Origin: an uncultured virus (IMG/VR IMGVR_UViG_3300010885_047022)
Taxonomy: Duplodnaviria; Heunggongvirae; Uroviricota; Caudoviricetes
Virus record (IMG/VR): IMGVR_UViG_3300010885_047022
Coordinates: 62,001-126,000 of that record
DNA length: 64,000 bases
Direction: 5' to 3' (one strand)
The position numbers and the translations under genes are program-made. Numbering within the stretch: the first letter of the stretch is position 1; each line of letters begins with the position of its first letter. Of this stretch, positions 48,328 to 58,854 are shown piece by piece. Below the pieces are notes generated by a model. The model saw only the letters and a list, made by a program, of their open reading frames with translations, was not told where the DNA came from and searched no databases.

Positions 48328-50001
48328 TTAAATTACTTCCGTATATAGAATTTCATATTCATGAGTATTTAGTGTGGCGTCGTCTACTTCAATAGAAATA
48401 ACTGTATCAAATACTGGAACTCCGCCAGGAATTATGTCAGATATAAATCCATCAACTGTAACTGATAGAGGTTTAACTGCATATGAATTTTGAGTCGCGT
48501 TGAGTGCTCTAATGTTTTCATAGTCAATATCGGTAGATTTAATTCGATGCGAACCATCTGATCCAGTGTGCGCGTGCTCACTCAGATCAACTCCATCTAT
48601 AGTAATTCCTTCTTTTACGAATATATCTCCAGTAATATTTCCTTTATCTTTTAATATATACTGAGGATGATCATCGTCTAATAGGCCATCAAGTTTGGAA
48701 TGACTAGATAAGAATGTATTATTTCTATTAGTATTGCTATATATATTTCTAAATAATGAAGAATATAGATCGTTCTCGACTGTTTGTAGTACTTGTCTTT
48801 TCTGCACTGATTTATTTCCTAATTGAGAAATGTAATTTGCATACTTTCTTTTTTCGTGAATTAAAGACATCATAGAGTCTACGCGTGCAGACATCATTTC
48901 GAATCTTTGCATACAGTCTGCGTGGATTGAAGCAAAGTTACCTTTTATTAAATTAGTAGCAACTATTAATTCTCCAGATAAAATTGGATTATCTTTGGAA
49001 AATTTAGTTGTTAAATAATCAAATTCTAATGGATTAGATATATCTTTAGATATTCTCAAGGATGGACTAACAAATCTACTATAGAAGATTTCACAATTAT
49101 CTATTAGATCTCTTTTTAGGGAAGCTATTTGATCATTAATTTCAGCGTCAACTGCGTTTAGTCTAATCGCAAAAAAAGCTTGGAATTGAGCGGCTTGCTT
49201 CTTAGATATCTTATCCAGTTCGGCATTGGGTATTTCTCCTGGCTTTGAAACGATTGTTTTTGCAATCCGTTGCGAATAATGTACTGCGATTTTCCCCCAT
49301 GTGTCATATTGTAACGCGATTTGTTGCTGTGTTGGATTTTCATATTCATCCCCAAAATCAAGTAGTAGTGAATTTTTAATATAACTAATTTCATTTAAAA
49401 ATAAGTTTAATAATTTTCTTAATTGATAGAAATATGAGAATGTTGCTTGAGCTACAGCTTGATCATATTCATTAACTAATCTCCTTCCTGCGGTAGAGGC
49501 GTGTCTTTCGGCAAATAAGTACTCATCAAAACAGATGTACCTTGGTGGATTATCTTTAGCTACTGTATTAATATCATCAACTATCGTTGGAATTGTTTCT
49601 ATATTATCTTCTATAACTTGAGTACGAAAAACAGTTTCTTGTTTTTTATCTGGAATATTCATTAGGGGAGATGATTCGTCCCAAATTCTAAAATGTGATT
49701 CTTCAAGATCTGGATCAAGATATGGATTAATATAAATTTTTCTTAAAAGATTATTTTCTATATTATCTTTAGTTGCAGCTAGGATATTTTCAGAATTTAA
49801 TATTTGTTGTTTTACAGAATCTAATGGAATATAATAATCTGTTCTAAAACTATAATCTGAAGCGTTAGGTAGAAGTCCAGCTAAACGAGGTGGGATTTGA
49901 TTTGCAGGGGCTTTATCCCTATAGAAAGTATCGCCAAATTTATAATCTGCGTATATCTCTTTGGCGTCAGTTGAGTAACTTTGGATATTGTTTATAGACA
50001 T
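48328..50001 (-). CDS. Putative virion protein (557 aa)
   Basis: Helical core followed by fibre-type HSKLDGLLDDDHPQY and IDGVDLSEHAHTGSDGS motifs. Confidence 0.55.
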   Translation of the reverse strand: MSINNIQSYSTDAKEIYADYKFGDTFYRDKAPANQIPPRLAGLLPNASDYSFRTDYYIPLDSVKQQILNSENILAATKDNIENNLLRKIYINPYLDPDLEESHFRIWDESSPLMNIPDKKQETVFRTQVIEDNIETIPTIVDDINTVAKDNPPRYICFDEYLFAERHASTAGRRLVNEYDQAVAQATFSYFYQLRKLLNLFLNEISYIKNSLLLDFGDEYENPTQQQIALQYDTWGKIAVHYSQRIAKTIVSKPGEIPNAELDKISKKQAAQFQAFFAIRLNAVDAEINDQIASLKRDLIDNCEIFYSRFVSPSLRISKDISNPLEFDYLTTKFSKDNPILSGELIVATNLIKGNFASIHADCMQRFEMMSARVDSMMSLIHEKRKYANYISQLGNKSVQKRQVLQTVENDLYSSLFRNIYSNTNRNNTFLSSHSKLDGLLDDDHPQYILKDKGNITGDIFVKEGITIDGVDLSEHAHTGSDGSHRIKSTDIDYENIRALNATQNSYAVKPLSVTVDGFISDIIPGGVPVFDTVISIEVDDATLNTHEYEILYTEVI

Positions 50002-50009
50002 AATAATCC

Positions 50010-51866
50010 TTAAAACATCTTTCTAGAAATTCGACCACTAGAGTTCTTCTTTCGACTCATCCCAGTAGATAAAGCTTGAACTCTTCCAGTGATAAAATTA
50101 CTGGGATTCTTTTCTTCTTCATCATCTTTAGTACCAGGTTTAGTCATAAAAAACTCATTAGAAAATGATTGAGTCTTATCTGCGTAGTTAGTTCTAGCAA
50201 AATCTCCATAGTTTTGGGTAATAGCCAATAGGGCTAACATTAGGGCATCGTGGGCATGGTCTACGGCTGATCCACCCGCTTCAAAGACCGGTCTACCACT
50301 ACTGGTCATTCTCACTACAACATATGAAATTAACTGGAGATACATTTCTTCATCATCTTCAGGAAATAGTATATTTTCACGTTCCAAATATTGACGAAGA
50401 TTATCAACCATATAAGGTTTCATTTCTTTCTTAATCATTAATTTAGTATAAGGGTCTCGAACCTCTATAGACTCACCAAATCCAATGCCCTTGACTCTTT
50501 CTTTCATTTTTGAAGATGGATTTTCTACGCCATGTTTTCTCAAAAGTTCTACTTGAACTTCCCCATATCCACGGTCAACATATATGTGCTTAGGATTAAA
50601 AATTTGATTAAGTTCAATGATTCTGTCTACCGCGCGCGTAAGCGTGTATTCTGACTTACTAATTTCTTCACGATAATAAAGTCTGACCTTACCTCTGAAT
50701 CTTGGATCCTCATAGTTGTCAGCACAGACTTCTAAAACAACTATATTTGTACCAGCTCCATATTTATCCCAGTCTACCCCTATAACATGGAATGATCTGG
50801 CAGACATAATTTCAGGGTGATATTTCCACGATGGTGCAACAAATGCACGGTCGATAAACTTTCTTGGATAAACTCCTTCTGAGTCTTCTCCCCAGTCAGC
50901 TTCTATTTCATGTCGATATCCACTAGAAGAATATTGTTCTCTAAATTCTTCTTCTTGTTCTTTACTGAAAAATGGGTTACAGTATGAAGGAAACCAAAAC
51001 TCTTTAAACCTTGCACTGTTGCACCATTCCCAGAATCTTTCTCTACGACCAGTTGGAGTAGATGCGCCGATCATTACTTTGTCAGGTTGATCTTCTGCAG
51101 TTTTCTGGAGCATGGCATATAAGGCGTCAAGATCGTCCGCATGCATATAGTCCATTTCGTCAAGAACAATAAGATGTGCTTCTTGACCACGAGCAACATC
51201 ACTCCTTCCGCCGGACTTCATACCAGAAGTGAAGAATCTAATTGTTGATCCATTAGAAAACTGAATCATAAACTGCGGGCTAGTAACTTTTCTAGTAATA
51301 GAATTAGTTACTACTTCATTCTTTGCGGATATTCTTAAAATTTCCTGGTAGATAAGTTCTACCTGGGTTTTCATTGGCGCGATAACTAATGATCTTCCAT
51401 CTTTATGAGTATAGCTATAGTGTAGCAATTGTATTGCAAGACTGAATGTTTTGCCAAGACGACGACCTGCTCTAAGAACTTTTCTCAAAGATGGGTCTCG
51501 CAAAATGAGAATTTGATATACTCTCAGATCTGCTTGCAAAAATTGTTTTGCCCAAACAACAGAATCTTTTGCAACATGCAGTTGCCTTTGATGTTCCGAA
51601 CTAATTCCCGCAGCTAATAATTCTTTATCTAATTCAAATGGTTCATCTATAAGAAGTGATAATTCTTGATTAGTTAATTGCCTATTTAATACTGGTGTTC
51701 CATCATTCCAAGATAAATGGTTTAATTTATTTTCAAAAACCCATTCAATTCTATTAATTTGCTTTATTAATTCAGGATCCTGTGCTTTAATTATTTCAAG
51801 AAGATCTTCCCTTGACAGGGCTTCTAAAGATTCTCTAAATTGTTTTGTCTTACTTGATATAGTCAT
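50010..51866 (-). CDS. terL: Terminase large subunit
   Basis: Walker A AGRRLGKT, Walker B LIVLDE, ASTP coupling motif, nuclease motifs IGVDWD and DHAHDAL. Confidence 0.93.
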   Translation of the reverse strand: MTISSKTKQFRESLEALSREDLLEIIKAQDPELIKQINRIEWVFENKLNHLSWNDGTPVLNRQLTNQELSLLIDEPFELDKELLAAGISSEHQRQLHVAKDSVVWAKQFLQADLRVYQILILRDPSLRKVLRAGRRLGKTFSLAIQLLHYSYTHKDGRSLVIAPMKTQVELIYQEILRISAKNEVVTNSITRKVTSPQFMIQFSNGSTIRFFTSGMKSGGRSDVARGQEAHLIVLDEMDYMHADDLDALYAMLQKTAEDQPDKVMIGASTPTGRRERFWEWCNSARFKEFWFPSYCNPFFSKEQEEEFREQYSSSGYRHEIEADWGEDSEGVYPRKFIDRAFVAPSWKYHPEIMSARSFHVIGVDWDKYGAGTNIVVLEVCADNYEDPRFRGKVRLYYREEISKSEYTLTRAVDRIIELNQIFNPKHIYVDRGYGEVQVELLRKHGVENPSSKMKERVKGIGFGESIEVRDPYTKLMIKKEMKPYMVDNLRQYLERENILFPEDDEEMYLQLISYVVVRMTSSGRPVFEAGGSAVDHAHDALMLALLAITQNYGDFARTNYADKTQSFSNEFFMTKPGTKDDEEEKNPSNFITGRVQALSTGMSRKKNSSGRISRKMF

Positions 51867-51869
51867 AAA

Positions 51870-53402
51870 TCATCCATAGTGGGCAGCCATCATAGCACCC
51901 TCTGATCCTAGCATACTTCTTGCATTTAATCTAGAGTTTTGAATAGCCATTACTCCTCGTGATCTTGAAGTTGCTGCTGCTTCTGTATCCTTATATCCCA
52001 TGCCAAATAAAGGTTTATTGATATCTCCTTGCAAAGATTTTCCAGCGTCTTTAGCTAAGTTAATACCGCTCTTAACAACTTCTCCTGCCATCTTACCTAA
52101 ATCATATACTAAAGATGCTGTAGCAATTACGTTAAGTCCAGGTATAGCCATTGCTCCAGCTCTGGCTCCAAGAACTTTCATGCCAGCTTTTGAACCCAAT
52201 GCTTCCATGACTCCTTTTCCACCAAGTTCTTTGAAAACACCATTTTCTAAGACATGCTGTGCTGCTTCCATACCAACCTTGCCCGCTATTTGTTTTTCAC
52301 CCAAAGCTTCTGTCATATGAGCTACTGCTTTTTGTGCTCCTGTTAAAGCTTTTCCTTCTAAACCTGATCGAGTTGCAAATCCTTGTGCTCCTCTGAAATA
52401 ACCAGCCATATATCTAGTTGCTTCTCCAGATACAGAAGATGCCATAAGATTTCCTCTAACTCCCATGGTTGATTCACTCGCTCCTACAATTGTTTTACCT
52501 TCAACTTTTAAGGCGTTTCCGGTTAAACCTAACATTGATCTATCTGCATATGATCCACCCATTAAACTATATCTACCCGCGGCATTCCCGATGCTCATGC
52601 CAGTGTCTTTGAGTGCTCCACTCTGCATAATTCTTTCTGCTGTATCTTTTTTCAAAAACCTTCCCATTTTTAATTCTTCAACAATGCCCGGATTATTCAT
52701 TTTAGCTAAACTTCCAATATTTCTATCTACCGTTGCTAATTTTTTAGCGGCTCTTCTAGAACCACTTCTTTCTAGTAGGTCTGTTTTTCTACCAGCTGTG
52801 ATGAAAGAAAGTAGGCCTGGACCAAATGCAGATCCTCCGGCAGCAGGGTCGACTCCTGCATTTGCTGCAATTTTTCTACCAAATTTACTATTACCCATTA
52901 TATGGGCTGCACCGAATGGGGTATATGTACCACTTTCTTTGAAGACGCTTAATGAGTGGAATCTACCTAAGGCTCTAGGTCTCATTGTGATGTTATTAAC
53001 TCTAGCACCACGTAGCCATCCAGCTTTTTCTACAGATTCTGCTCCAACAAGTTTACTAATTCTACCAACTTTAGTGCTTTCGGTACTTAATCTAGCAGCT
53101 CTCCTACCTAGTATGCCTCTTCCACCAGCTATTCTTCCTCCACCTATGAAGTTAGCTGCACTTCTTTCGGAAAGTACACCAGCTTCATCCATAAGCCTAA
53201 ATTTACTAGCCATGCGTGAGCCTTTTGCATATTTATAGTCCATGAATCCGCCACGCATTAAGGTATTAGTTCCTCTTGCAGTGCTGAATCCTACTGAAGT
53301 AGCAATACCTGGAATATTTTCCATCATTCGCATAGCTAATGGTGCTTGAACGCCAGACATGTCCATAGCTTCTTGCATTACTTGCTCTCTCATGACTGCC
53401 AT
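51870..53402 (-). CDS. Gly/Ala/Met-rich basic protein, putative internal virion protein (510 aa)
   Basis: Composition; hydrophobic AIPGLNVIATASLVY; C-terminus AATSRSRGVMAIQNSRLNARSMLGSEG. Confidence 0.6.
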   Translation of the reverse strand: MAVMREQVMQEAMDMSGVQAPLAMRMMENIPGIATSVGFSTARGTNTLMRGGFMDYKYAKGSRMASKFRLMDEAGVLSERSAANFIGGGRIAGGRGILGRRAARLSTESTKVGRISKLVGAESVEKAGWLRGARVNNITMRPRALGRFHSLSVFKESGTYTPFGAAHIMGNSKFGRKIAANAGVDPAAGGSAFGPGLLSFITAGRKTDLLERSGSRRAAKKLATVDRNIGSLAKMNNPGIVEELKMGRFLKKDTAERIMQSGALKDTGMSIGNAAGRYSLMGGSYADRSMLGLTGNALKVEGKTIVGASESTMGVRGNLMASSVSGEATRYMAGYFRGAQGFATRSGLEGKALTGAQKAVAHMTEALGEKQIAGKVGMEAAQHVLENGVFKELGGKGVMEALGSKAGMKVLGARAGAMAIPGLNVIATASLVYDLGKMAGEVVKSGINLAKDAGKSLQGDINKPLFGMGYKDTEAAATSRSRGVMAIQNSRLNARSMLGSEGAMMAAHYG

Positions 53403-53404
53403 TG

Positions 53405-54028
53405 TTAATAGCCTCTTCTGGAGTTATGCATTCCGAGAACTACATCTCCAGATGCGCCTAAGTCATTCATCATCTGTCTAGTTCCCTTTTGTGAATATGG
53501 AGAGTTTGAAAAAAAGTCTGGATTATCTGATTTCATATAATGCATTGCTGCAGCTGCGGGAACTGCCATTCCGGCTATTGTTCCCACCCCTGCACCTAAG
53601 GCTGCTCCAGCAAATGCGCCCGCAAACATTCCTCCAACTCCTTTTTTAGCTCCCATAATACCCCCAGCCATTGTACCTAAAACCCCTCCAGCAAATCCGC
53701 CAGCTAATCCCGTAGGTACGGGCCCTGGAATCATTGGATGTGTTCTCATGAAATCTCCAGGATTAGTCATTTGGACAGCAGTACCCAAATTGCCACCAAT
53801 ACCAGCGCCCAATAGTGATCTTCCAGAAAACTTAGATCCAGTAAAATATCGATCTGCATTAGGATCGCCTAAGCCAACATCTAACACTGCATCACGTGCA
53901 GCTGGTCCAGCTTTCTTTGCAAAACCAGCTAATCCGGCGACTGCGCCAATTGCTAATAAAGATCCTTTACGTGAACCAAGATGAGAAACTCCTCTACCTA
54001 ATGATTCTAATATTCCCATGCCTGGCAT
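53405..54028 (-). CDS. Glycine-zipper membrane-like protein (207 aa)
   Basis: Long GxxxG runs (GLAGGFAGGVLGTMAGGIMG, GMFAGAFAGAALGAGVG). Confidence 0.65.
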   Translation of the reverse strand: MPGMGILESLGRGVSHLGSRKGSLLAIGAVAGLAGFAKKAGPAARDAVLDVGLGDPNADRYFTGSKFSGRSLLGAGIGGNLGTAVQMTNPGDFMRTHPMIPGPVPTGLAGGFAGGVLGTMAGGIMGAKKGVGGMFAGAFAGAALGAGVGTIAGMAVPAAAAMHYMKSDNPDFFSNSPYSQKGTRQMMNDLGASGDVVLGMHNSRRGY

Positions 54029-54032
54029 TTAA

Positions 54033-57000
54033 TTATCCTCCAAAAAGATGATTATATTTATTTGGGCCCATTTGAGTATGGCCAATTTTTGCTCGATCTA
54101 GATTTCCTACAACTCCAGCGGTAGCTAATGGATCTTTTCTAAAAGAAGAAACTTGGCTGAATGCCCTACTTGAATCTTCCATTTGATCTGTAGTAATTGC
54201 CCTTTCAGTAGGCTGCCTATCTAGCGTTTCGTTGTACAGTTGTCTTTCTCTATGTTTCTTATACATATAGTAACCAGCTGCAGCTACACCCACTCCTAAA
54301 GCGCCATATCCCAATTTTGCTTTATGGGATGCGTAGAACTCTGCCATTTTATTGATTTCAAGACCAGATTTACCTCGACGAATATTTTTTGTTATTGCTA
54401 AATTAGTAGATTTATCAGAACCCATTATTTCAGCTATTTCATTTGCATTTTTAACTGATCGAGATAATTTAGCTCCGCTTTTATCTACTATAACTTCTTC
54501 TGCTTTCTCTAAATCTTTTGTTTTACCAGCAATGTCTACTGCTTTTCTATCCATATAATTATTGATAACTACAACATCAGAGGTATGCCCAGTTGTTGCT
54601 ATTGATCCAGTTCTGATATTAAGAAGAACGTCGTTAGATATTGGAGTTCCAGATTGTTCAAGGCTTGATATTATTTCAGCTGAAGCATCGCCTGCGTGAC
54701 CAAAAATAATTCCTTTATCCATTATCCCTTCAGTCATGGACTCAATATGAGGCGTTAGTCCTTGGCTAGTATTTTTTGCTGCGTTTACATTATTAATCGC
54801 TTCAGTAATAGACGCATTAAAATCTGCTTCTTTTACCCCTGTTATTCTTGAAACTTCATTTTTATCCCCCATAATGTCAAGAAGATGTCCACTAAAAATT
54901 TTAGTTTCATCATGAACCATTTGTCTATCTGCTAACCATACCGCATTTACAGTATCACCCTCTTGCCTTCTGGCTATTGAAAGACCAGTATGCGCAATTG
55001 TTGTTTCGGTTTTCCCTAAAGAAGCTTGCGTTCTACTGAATGCTTCTTGTAAGATTTCTGGAGGCAACATCATTTTTGGAATTTCAGTAGTTGAGTCTAG
55101 AGCATTTAAAAGTTTTACTTCTTTTTGAGAATGAAAAAATGTCATTCCTAATTCTGCTGTTAAATTAGATTTAGCAGAGTGGGCAATGTGTTCTGCAGTA
55201 TATCCAGCTGCTGCGCCTGCACGATTTGCCTCATGTCCAATTTTAGCAGTTGCATTTGCCATAATTGTAGAATATGCTCTGTCATCCATAGATAAAATAT
55301 GTGCGTATGGGTCACCAACTTTAGCAAATGCGTTTGCTACATCGGATGCCTGCTTTAAACTGTAATCATTTAACCCCGATTGAAATACTGACTGTATTGG
55401 GGCCTTACCTCGCGCGAGTCTCATTTGGTCTCCATAGGATAGCCCCGTACCAAATTCTCGATAAGTAGTACCGAATGTTTCAGTTAGATCTTTAGCTGTC
55501 ATGCTATTTGCATTTACGGCTTGCATTGACCTTGAGATATGAATTAATTCATCAGCTTTTGAAGCTCTTTGAATGCTAATGCTTGTGTCAACAATTGCCT
55601 CTGCTGCTAAATTTCTTACGCCAGTATGTTTTACCCCTCCAACAACAAGATCACCTAAATTTGTTCTTGATCTTGCAGATTTAAGTATTTGATCAATAAC
55701 ATTTCCAGCGTGAGTTTCATCCACCAGTTGCTTTCCTTCACCAGTGATAAAATGATATCCCATTCCGTTATCGCCTTTAGTATATTCCAGAATACCTTTC
55801 TTGGTCATATCAGTTGCGCTAATTACATTGGCGCCCACTCTCTGATTAATATCTTCCGCAGATAATGAAAGTGATATTCCCTTTTTACCTTCTGCTGTAG
55901 TTAAATAATTAAAAACATTCTGAGACATGTGTTCAACGCTGGCTATATTGGTTGTTGGAGTTATAGCGGAAGACTGTAGAATTTTTGATCTGGCAAATGT
56001 ACCAAATTCACTTTTCTTCAATCCTTTTGCCATTGCTTGTTGTGTAGTCAAACTGCTAGCTTCATGCTCAGCCATTGCTTGTATTTTTAATTCTCCATTT
56101 TGAACATATCTAGCTATATGGGACTGTAAATGAACGTCTGTTTCAGCAATGTGAGAACCCTTAGTTATCAAATCAAATAAATTGTTTGCCTGTCCATCTT
56201 TTTCTATTAGTTCGAATAAATTAGTATTCAATGCGATGTTTTCAACGCTACCGTATGATGCAGATCCTCCAATATGGGTTCTTGCTAAAATCTCATGAGA
56301 AAATAAATTATTAACAAATGCCTTAGATCTTTCGCTTATGTCGGCATACTTTCCGGCATCAACGAGTTCTTGAACCTGACCCTGAAGATGTGATCGAGTA
56401 GCCTCCAAGGTATCTATCACATAATTTCCTTGGGCTCTTCTCTTTGCAAATTCGGTAAAAGCTTTATTTATTCCCGTGTGTTGCGCAAAACCTTCTTGTT
56501 TTATTGCGGTATCAATCATTTTGTCAATGTCAAAATTTATATTATGTCCAGCAACTCTGTCTGCTTCTAATAATTTGTTGAAAAATCTTTCAGTTGCATC
56601 TAGATAATTTTTTCCACCTTCACCCATTTCAGACAAGGGAATACCTTCTGCTTTTGCTAGGAATTCACTCAATGGACGAACTCCATCATTCATTGTAGTT
56701 ACCCTCAGCCCTGCCGTTTGAGGTGATTTAAACGCATACTGAAAATCCTTTAATTTAGTTATTGGATCCCTTAATGTTTCTGGCATGCTTATTTTTCCAG
56801 TATGATCCATGGTCATTTCAGCCATGGACATAGATCTAACATTTGAGAATTCAGTAACTCCTGTAGTTTCAACGTCAAATGTAAGTATCTTTAATTTTTT
56901 GCCTTGTGTTGGAGCCGATCCGAAAATTTTAGATGGTCCATTAACATTAGCATTTTCAAACAGATCTTTTACTGTGCCATGAGATAAAATACTTTGTCTT

Positions 57001-57554
57001 CCAACATTTAACGCATCCAATCCTTTTGCATCAGGATTAAAGTTAAGCATCATTCTATTTAAAAGGATTTGCATGGGATGAAGTTCACCTGTTTTTGTAC
57101 TTCTTAGTTGGTTAACTTCAAATTTATAAGCTTTACGATATAAGTTTGAACTTGGCATTTCTGCGGATGGTAGACCTTCTTTTTGAATAAGATGACCCAT
57201 TCTCAGAACATCATCTCTGTACTGCTTATATAGTCGATCTGCTACGTCTCTATTTAATACAGTTAAATCTATCTTACCTTGCTTTTCCATTAACTGAGCA
57301 TTTACTTTTAAACCTTTTGCGTGGTTAAGTTTATTACTCAAAGCTAAATGATAATCTTTTTCAAACTTTGCATATCTTCCAAGAAAATCTTGTTGTGTTC
57401 CAAAAATTTCTTCTAAAGAGTCAGCTGAAATTGCTCTTTGTTGAAAATATGAATTAGCAGTTATTGTACCTTTTCTATTTTTAACTTGGGCAATTTCGCC
57501 CATGCTTTTTACTAAGCGTTGCCTATTTGAAATCCCTCCTCTTAGAACAGACAT
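54033..57554 (-). CDS. Large protein (1173 aa) with DEDDh (DnaQ-like) 3'-5' exonuclease domain and C-terminal hydrophobic segment
   Basis: ExoI FDVETTG, ExoII AGHNINFD, VIDTL, ExoIII HIAETD; C-terminal LGYGALGVGVAAAGYYMYKK. Confidence 0.8.
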   Translation of the reverse strand: MSVLRGGISNRQRLVKSMGEIAQVKNRKGTITANSYFQQRAISADSLEEIFGTQQDFLGRYAKFEKDYHLALSNKLNHAKGLKVNAQLMEKQGKIDLTVLNRDVADRLYKQYRDDVLRMGHLIQKEGLPSAEMPSSNLYRKAYKFEVNQLRSTKTGELHPMQILLNRMMLNFNPDAKGLDALNVGRQSILSHGTVKDLFENANVNGPSKIFGSAPTQGKKLKILTFDVETTGVTEFSNVRSMSMAEMTMDHTGKISMPETLRDPITKLKDFQYAFKSPQTAGLRVTTMNDGVRPLSEFLAKAEGIPLSEMGEGGKNYLDATERFFNKLLEADRVAGHNINFDIDKMIDTAIKQEGFAQHTGINKAFTEFAKRRAQGNYVIDTLEATRSHLQGQVQELVDAGKYADISERSKAFVNNLFSHEILARTHIGGSASYGSVENIALNTNLFELIEKDGQANNLFDLITKGSHIAETDVHLQSHIARYVQNGELKIQAMAEHEASSLTTQQAMAKGLKKSEFGTFARSKILQSSAITPTTNIASVEHMSQNVFNYLTTAEGKKGISLSLSAEDINQRVGANVISATDMTKKGILEYTKGDNGMGYHFITGEGKQLVDETHAGNVIDQILKSARSRTNLGDLVVGGVKHTGVRNLAAEAIVDTSISIQRASKADELIHISRSMQAVNANSMTAKDLTETFGTTYREFGTGLSYGDQMRLARGKAPIQSVFQSGLNDYSLKQASDVANAFAKVGDPYAHILSMDDRAYSTIMANATAKIGHEANRAGAAAGYTAEHIAHSAKSNLTAELGMTFFHSQKEVKLLNALDSTTEIPKMMLPPEILQEAFSRTQASLGKTETTIAHTGLSIARRQEGDTVNAVWLADRQMVHDETKIFSGHLLDIMGDKNEVSRITGVKEADFNASITEAINNVNAAKNTSQGLTPHIESMTEGIMDKGIIFGHAGDASAEIISSLEQSGTPISNDVLLNIRTGSIATTGHTSDVVVINNYMDRKAVDIAGKTKDLEKAEEVIVDKSGAKLSRSVKNANEIAEIMGSDKSTNLAITKNIRRGKSGLEINKMAEFYASHKAKLGYGALGVGVAAAGYYMYKKHRERQLYNETLDRQPTERAITTDQMEDSSRAFSQVSSFRKDPLATAGVVGNLDRAKIGHTQMGPNKYNHLFGG

Positions 57555-58267
57555 CAGCTATCTTTATCTTCTTCTATTGTGATGTAATCATCTTTTTCAT
57601 AAGTACCAAGCTTCTTCTTAATAAGCTTTTCTCTTTCGATCTCAATATGCTGAACTTTATGAATAATGTCTGAAATTGCTTGAGCTGTATCAAGTTGAGT
57701 CTGCCCAATTTTTGCCTTAGCTTCTCTAGTTGCCAATAGTTGATTGCGCAAATCTTTTCTACGCTTATGCAAACGATCTTCTAATTCTACGGCTAAGTGA
57801 AGTTCTTTTTTGATGATTGGTTGGCCCTGATGGTCAATGCCAATAATGTTTTCTTGAATGAAATGTTCTTTTGCAAGTAATTTAGTTTTACGAATGTATT
57901 GAACTTCTTGATCCACTAGATCTCTAATCATAGATACTTCAACTAAGTTATCAGCTTGTACATCAAGTTGTTCCATGTATTCTGCTGTGAACTGGGCAAC
58001 TATTGACATTTCGATAGGACATGGATTACCCTTAGGTGCAAGATTCTCCTTGAGTAGCGGGCATGTATCTGCGAATGTACACTTAGTTGCTTCGCAGTTC
58101 ATGGGGATGGAGGAGAACATTGAAGTCCTAGTTTTTTGCGGACGAACTAATTCAACTGCCCTATTTTTTTCATCATCAGTCCATGTTTCAGGAAAAAAAA
58201 GATCTGGTCGTAAAGACTCAAACTGTTTCAGGAAATCACTTTTACTTGCTTTTTCTATATTAGACAT
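57554..58267 (-). CDS. Cys-rich protein, terminase small subunit candidate
   Basis: PMNCEATKCTFADTCPL..GNPCPIE followed by helical/coiled-coil region (RRKDLRNQLLATREAKAK); upstream of terL. Function inferred from position only. Confidence 0.45.
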   Translation of the reverse strand: MSNIEKASKSDFLKQFESLRPDLFFPETWTDDEKNRAVELVRPQKTRTSMFSSIPMNCEATKCTFADTCPLLKENLAPKGNPCPIEMSIVAQFTAEYMEQLDVQADNLVEVSMIRDLVDQEVQYIRKTKLLAKEHFIQENIIGIDHQGQPIIKKELHLAVELEDRLHKRRKDLRNQLLATREAKAKIGQTQLDTAQAISDIIHKVQHIEIEREKLIKKKLGTYEKDDYITIEEDKDS

Positions 58268-58430
58268 TTAAATCAATCCATTCGGTACTATAGGAACTAT
58301 CTGAATAAAACCTTTGTATAGTGACACTCTTGCAATGAGAACAATAATCATCGCGAACTAAACAGTCACTTTTGAAATCATAATATTCGCTAACTGTTTC
58401 AGTTTTTTTGTCACATCTAGGACAATTCAT
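58260..58430 (-). CDS. Small Zn-ribbon protein (56 aa, not in ORF track)
   Basis: MNCPRCDKKTETVSEYYDFKSDCLVRDDYCSHCKSVTIQRFYSDSSYSTEWIDLNV; two CxxC pairs; bridges the gap and overlaps both neighbours. Confidence 0.7.
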   Translation of the reverse strand: MNCPRCDKKTETVSEYYDFKSDCLVRDDYCSHCKSVTIQRFYSDSSYSTEWIDLNV

Positions 58431-58830
58431 CCAAGGCTTTCATTAAACCTTTTTGCAGTTTGCCTGCGAGGTCTGCGTTCTGTGCCGCATTAAAAAAAAT
58501 TCCAATTTCTCTAATTTCATCAGAGTTTAAATACGAAGATAATTTATATCTTGCGCCTTTGCATACTTCACAATAAGTTTCTTGGACTTCATTATAACAG
58601 ATGCATTTTTCTATAATATCAAAAAATTCTAAAGACTGAGCTATTTCAAACCATTTGTTTTTAAATAACTTTTTAGTCTGTTCTTTATAGGCCCTCAATT
58701 TATGGGAATCACTTGATAATAATGTTCCCATATCTAAGGAATGTTTCATGAGATCATTAATACTTTTATATAAAAAATTAGCTAGCTGAAAATCACCATT
58801 AACATCTGTAAATTTTTTCCAATCATTCAT
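58417..58830 (-). CDS. Hypothetical Zn-binding protein (137 aa)
   Basis: CIC..CEVCKGARY motif. Confidence 0.65.
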   Translation of the reverse strand: MNDWKKFTDVNGDFQLANFLYKSINDLMKHSLDMGTLLSSDSHKLRAYKEQTKKLFKNKWFEIAQSLEFFDIIEKCICYNEVQETYCEVCKGARYKLSSYLNSDEIREIGIFFNAAQNADLAGKLQKGLMKALDELS

Positions 58831-58854
58831 AACATACTACATCTTTCTTTTTAA

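Noticed and set aside
50010..51866. Intein or intron in terL (also checked recA)
   Set aside because: Motif spacing and lengths are normal; no intein splice-junction or LAGLIDADG motifs seen.
52000..53984. Plus-strand ORFs of 106, 257 and 78 aa
   Set aside because: Antisense shadows of Gly/Ala-rich genes.
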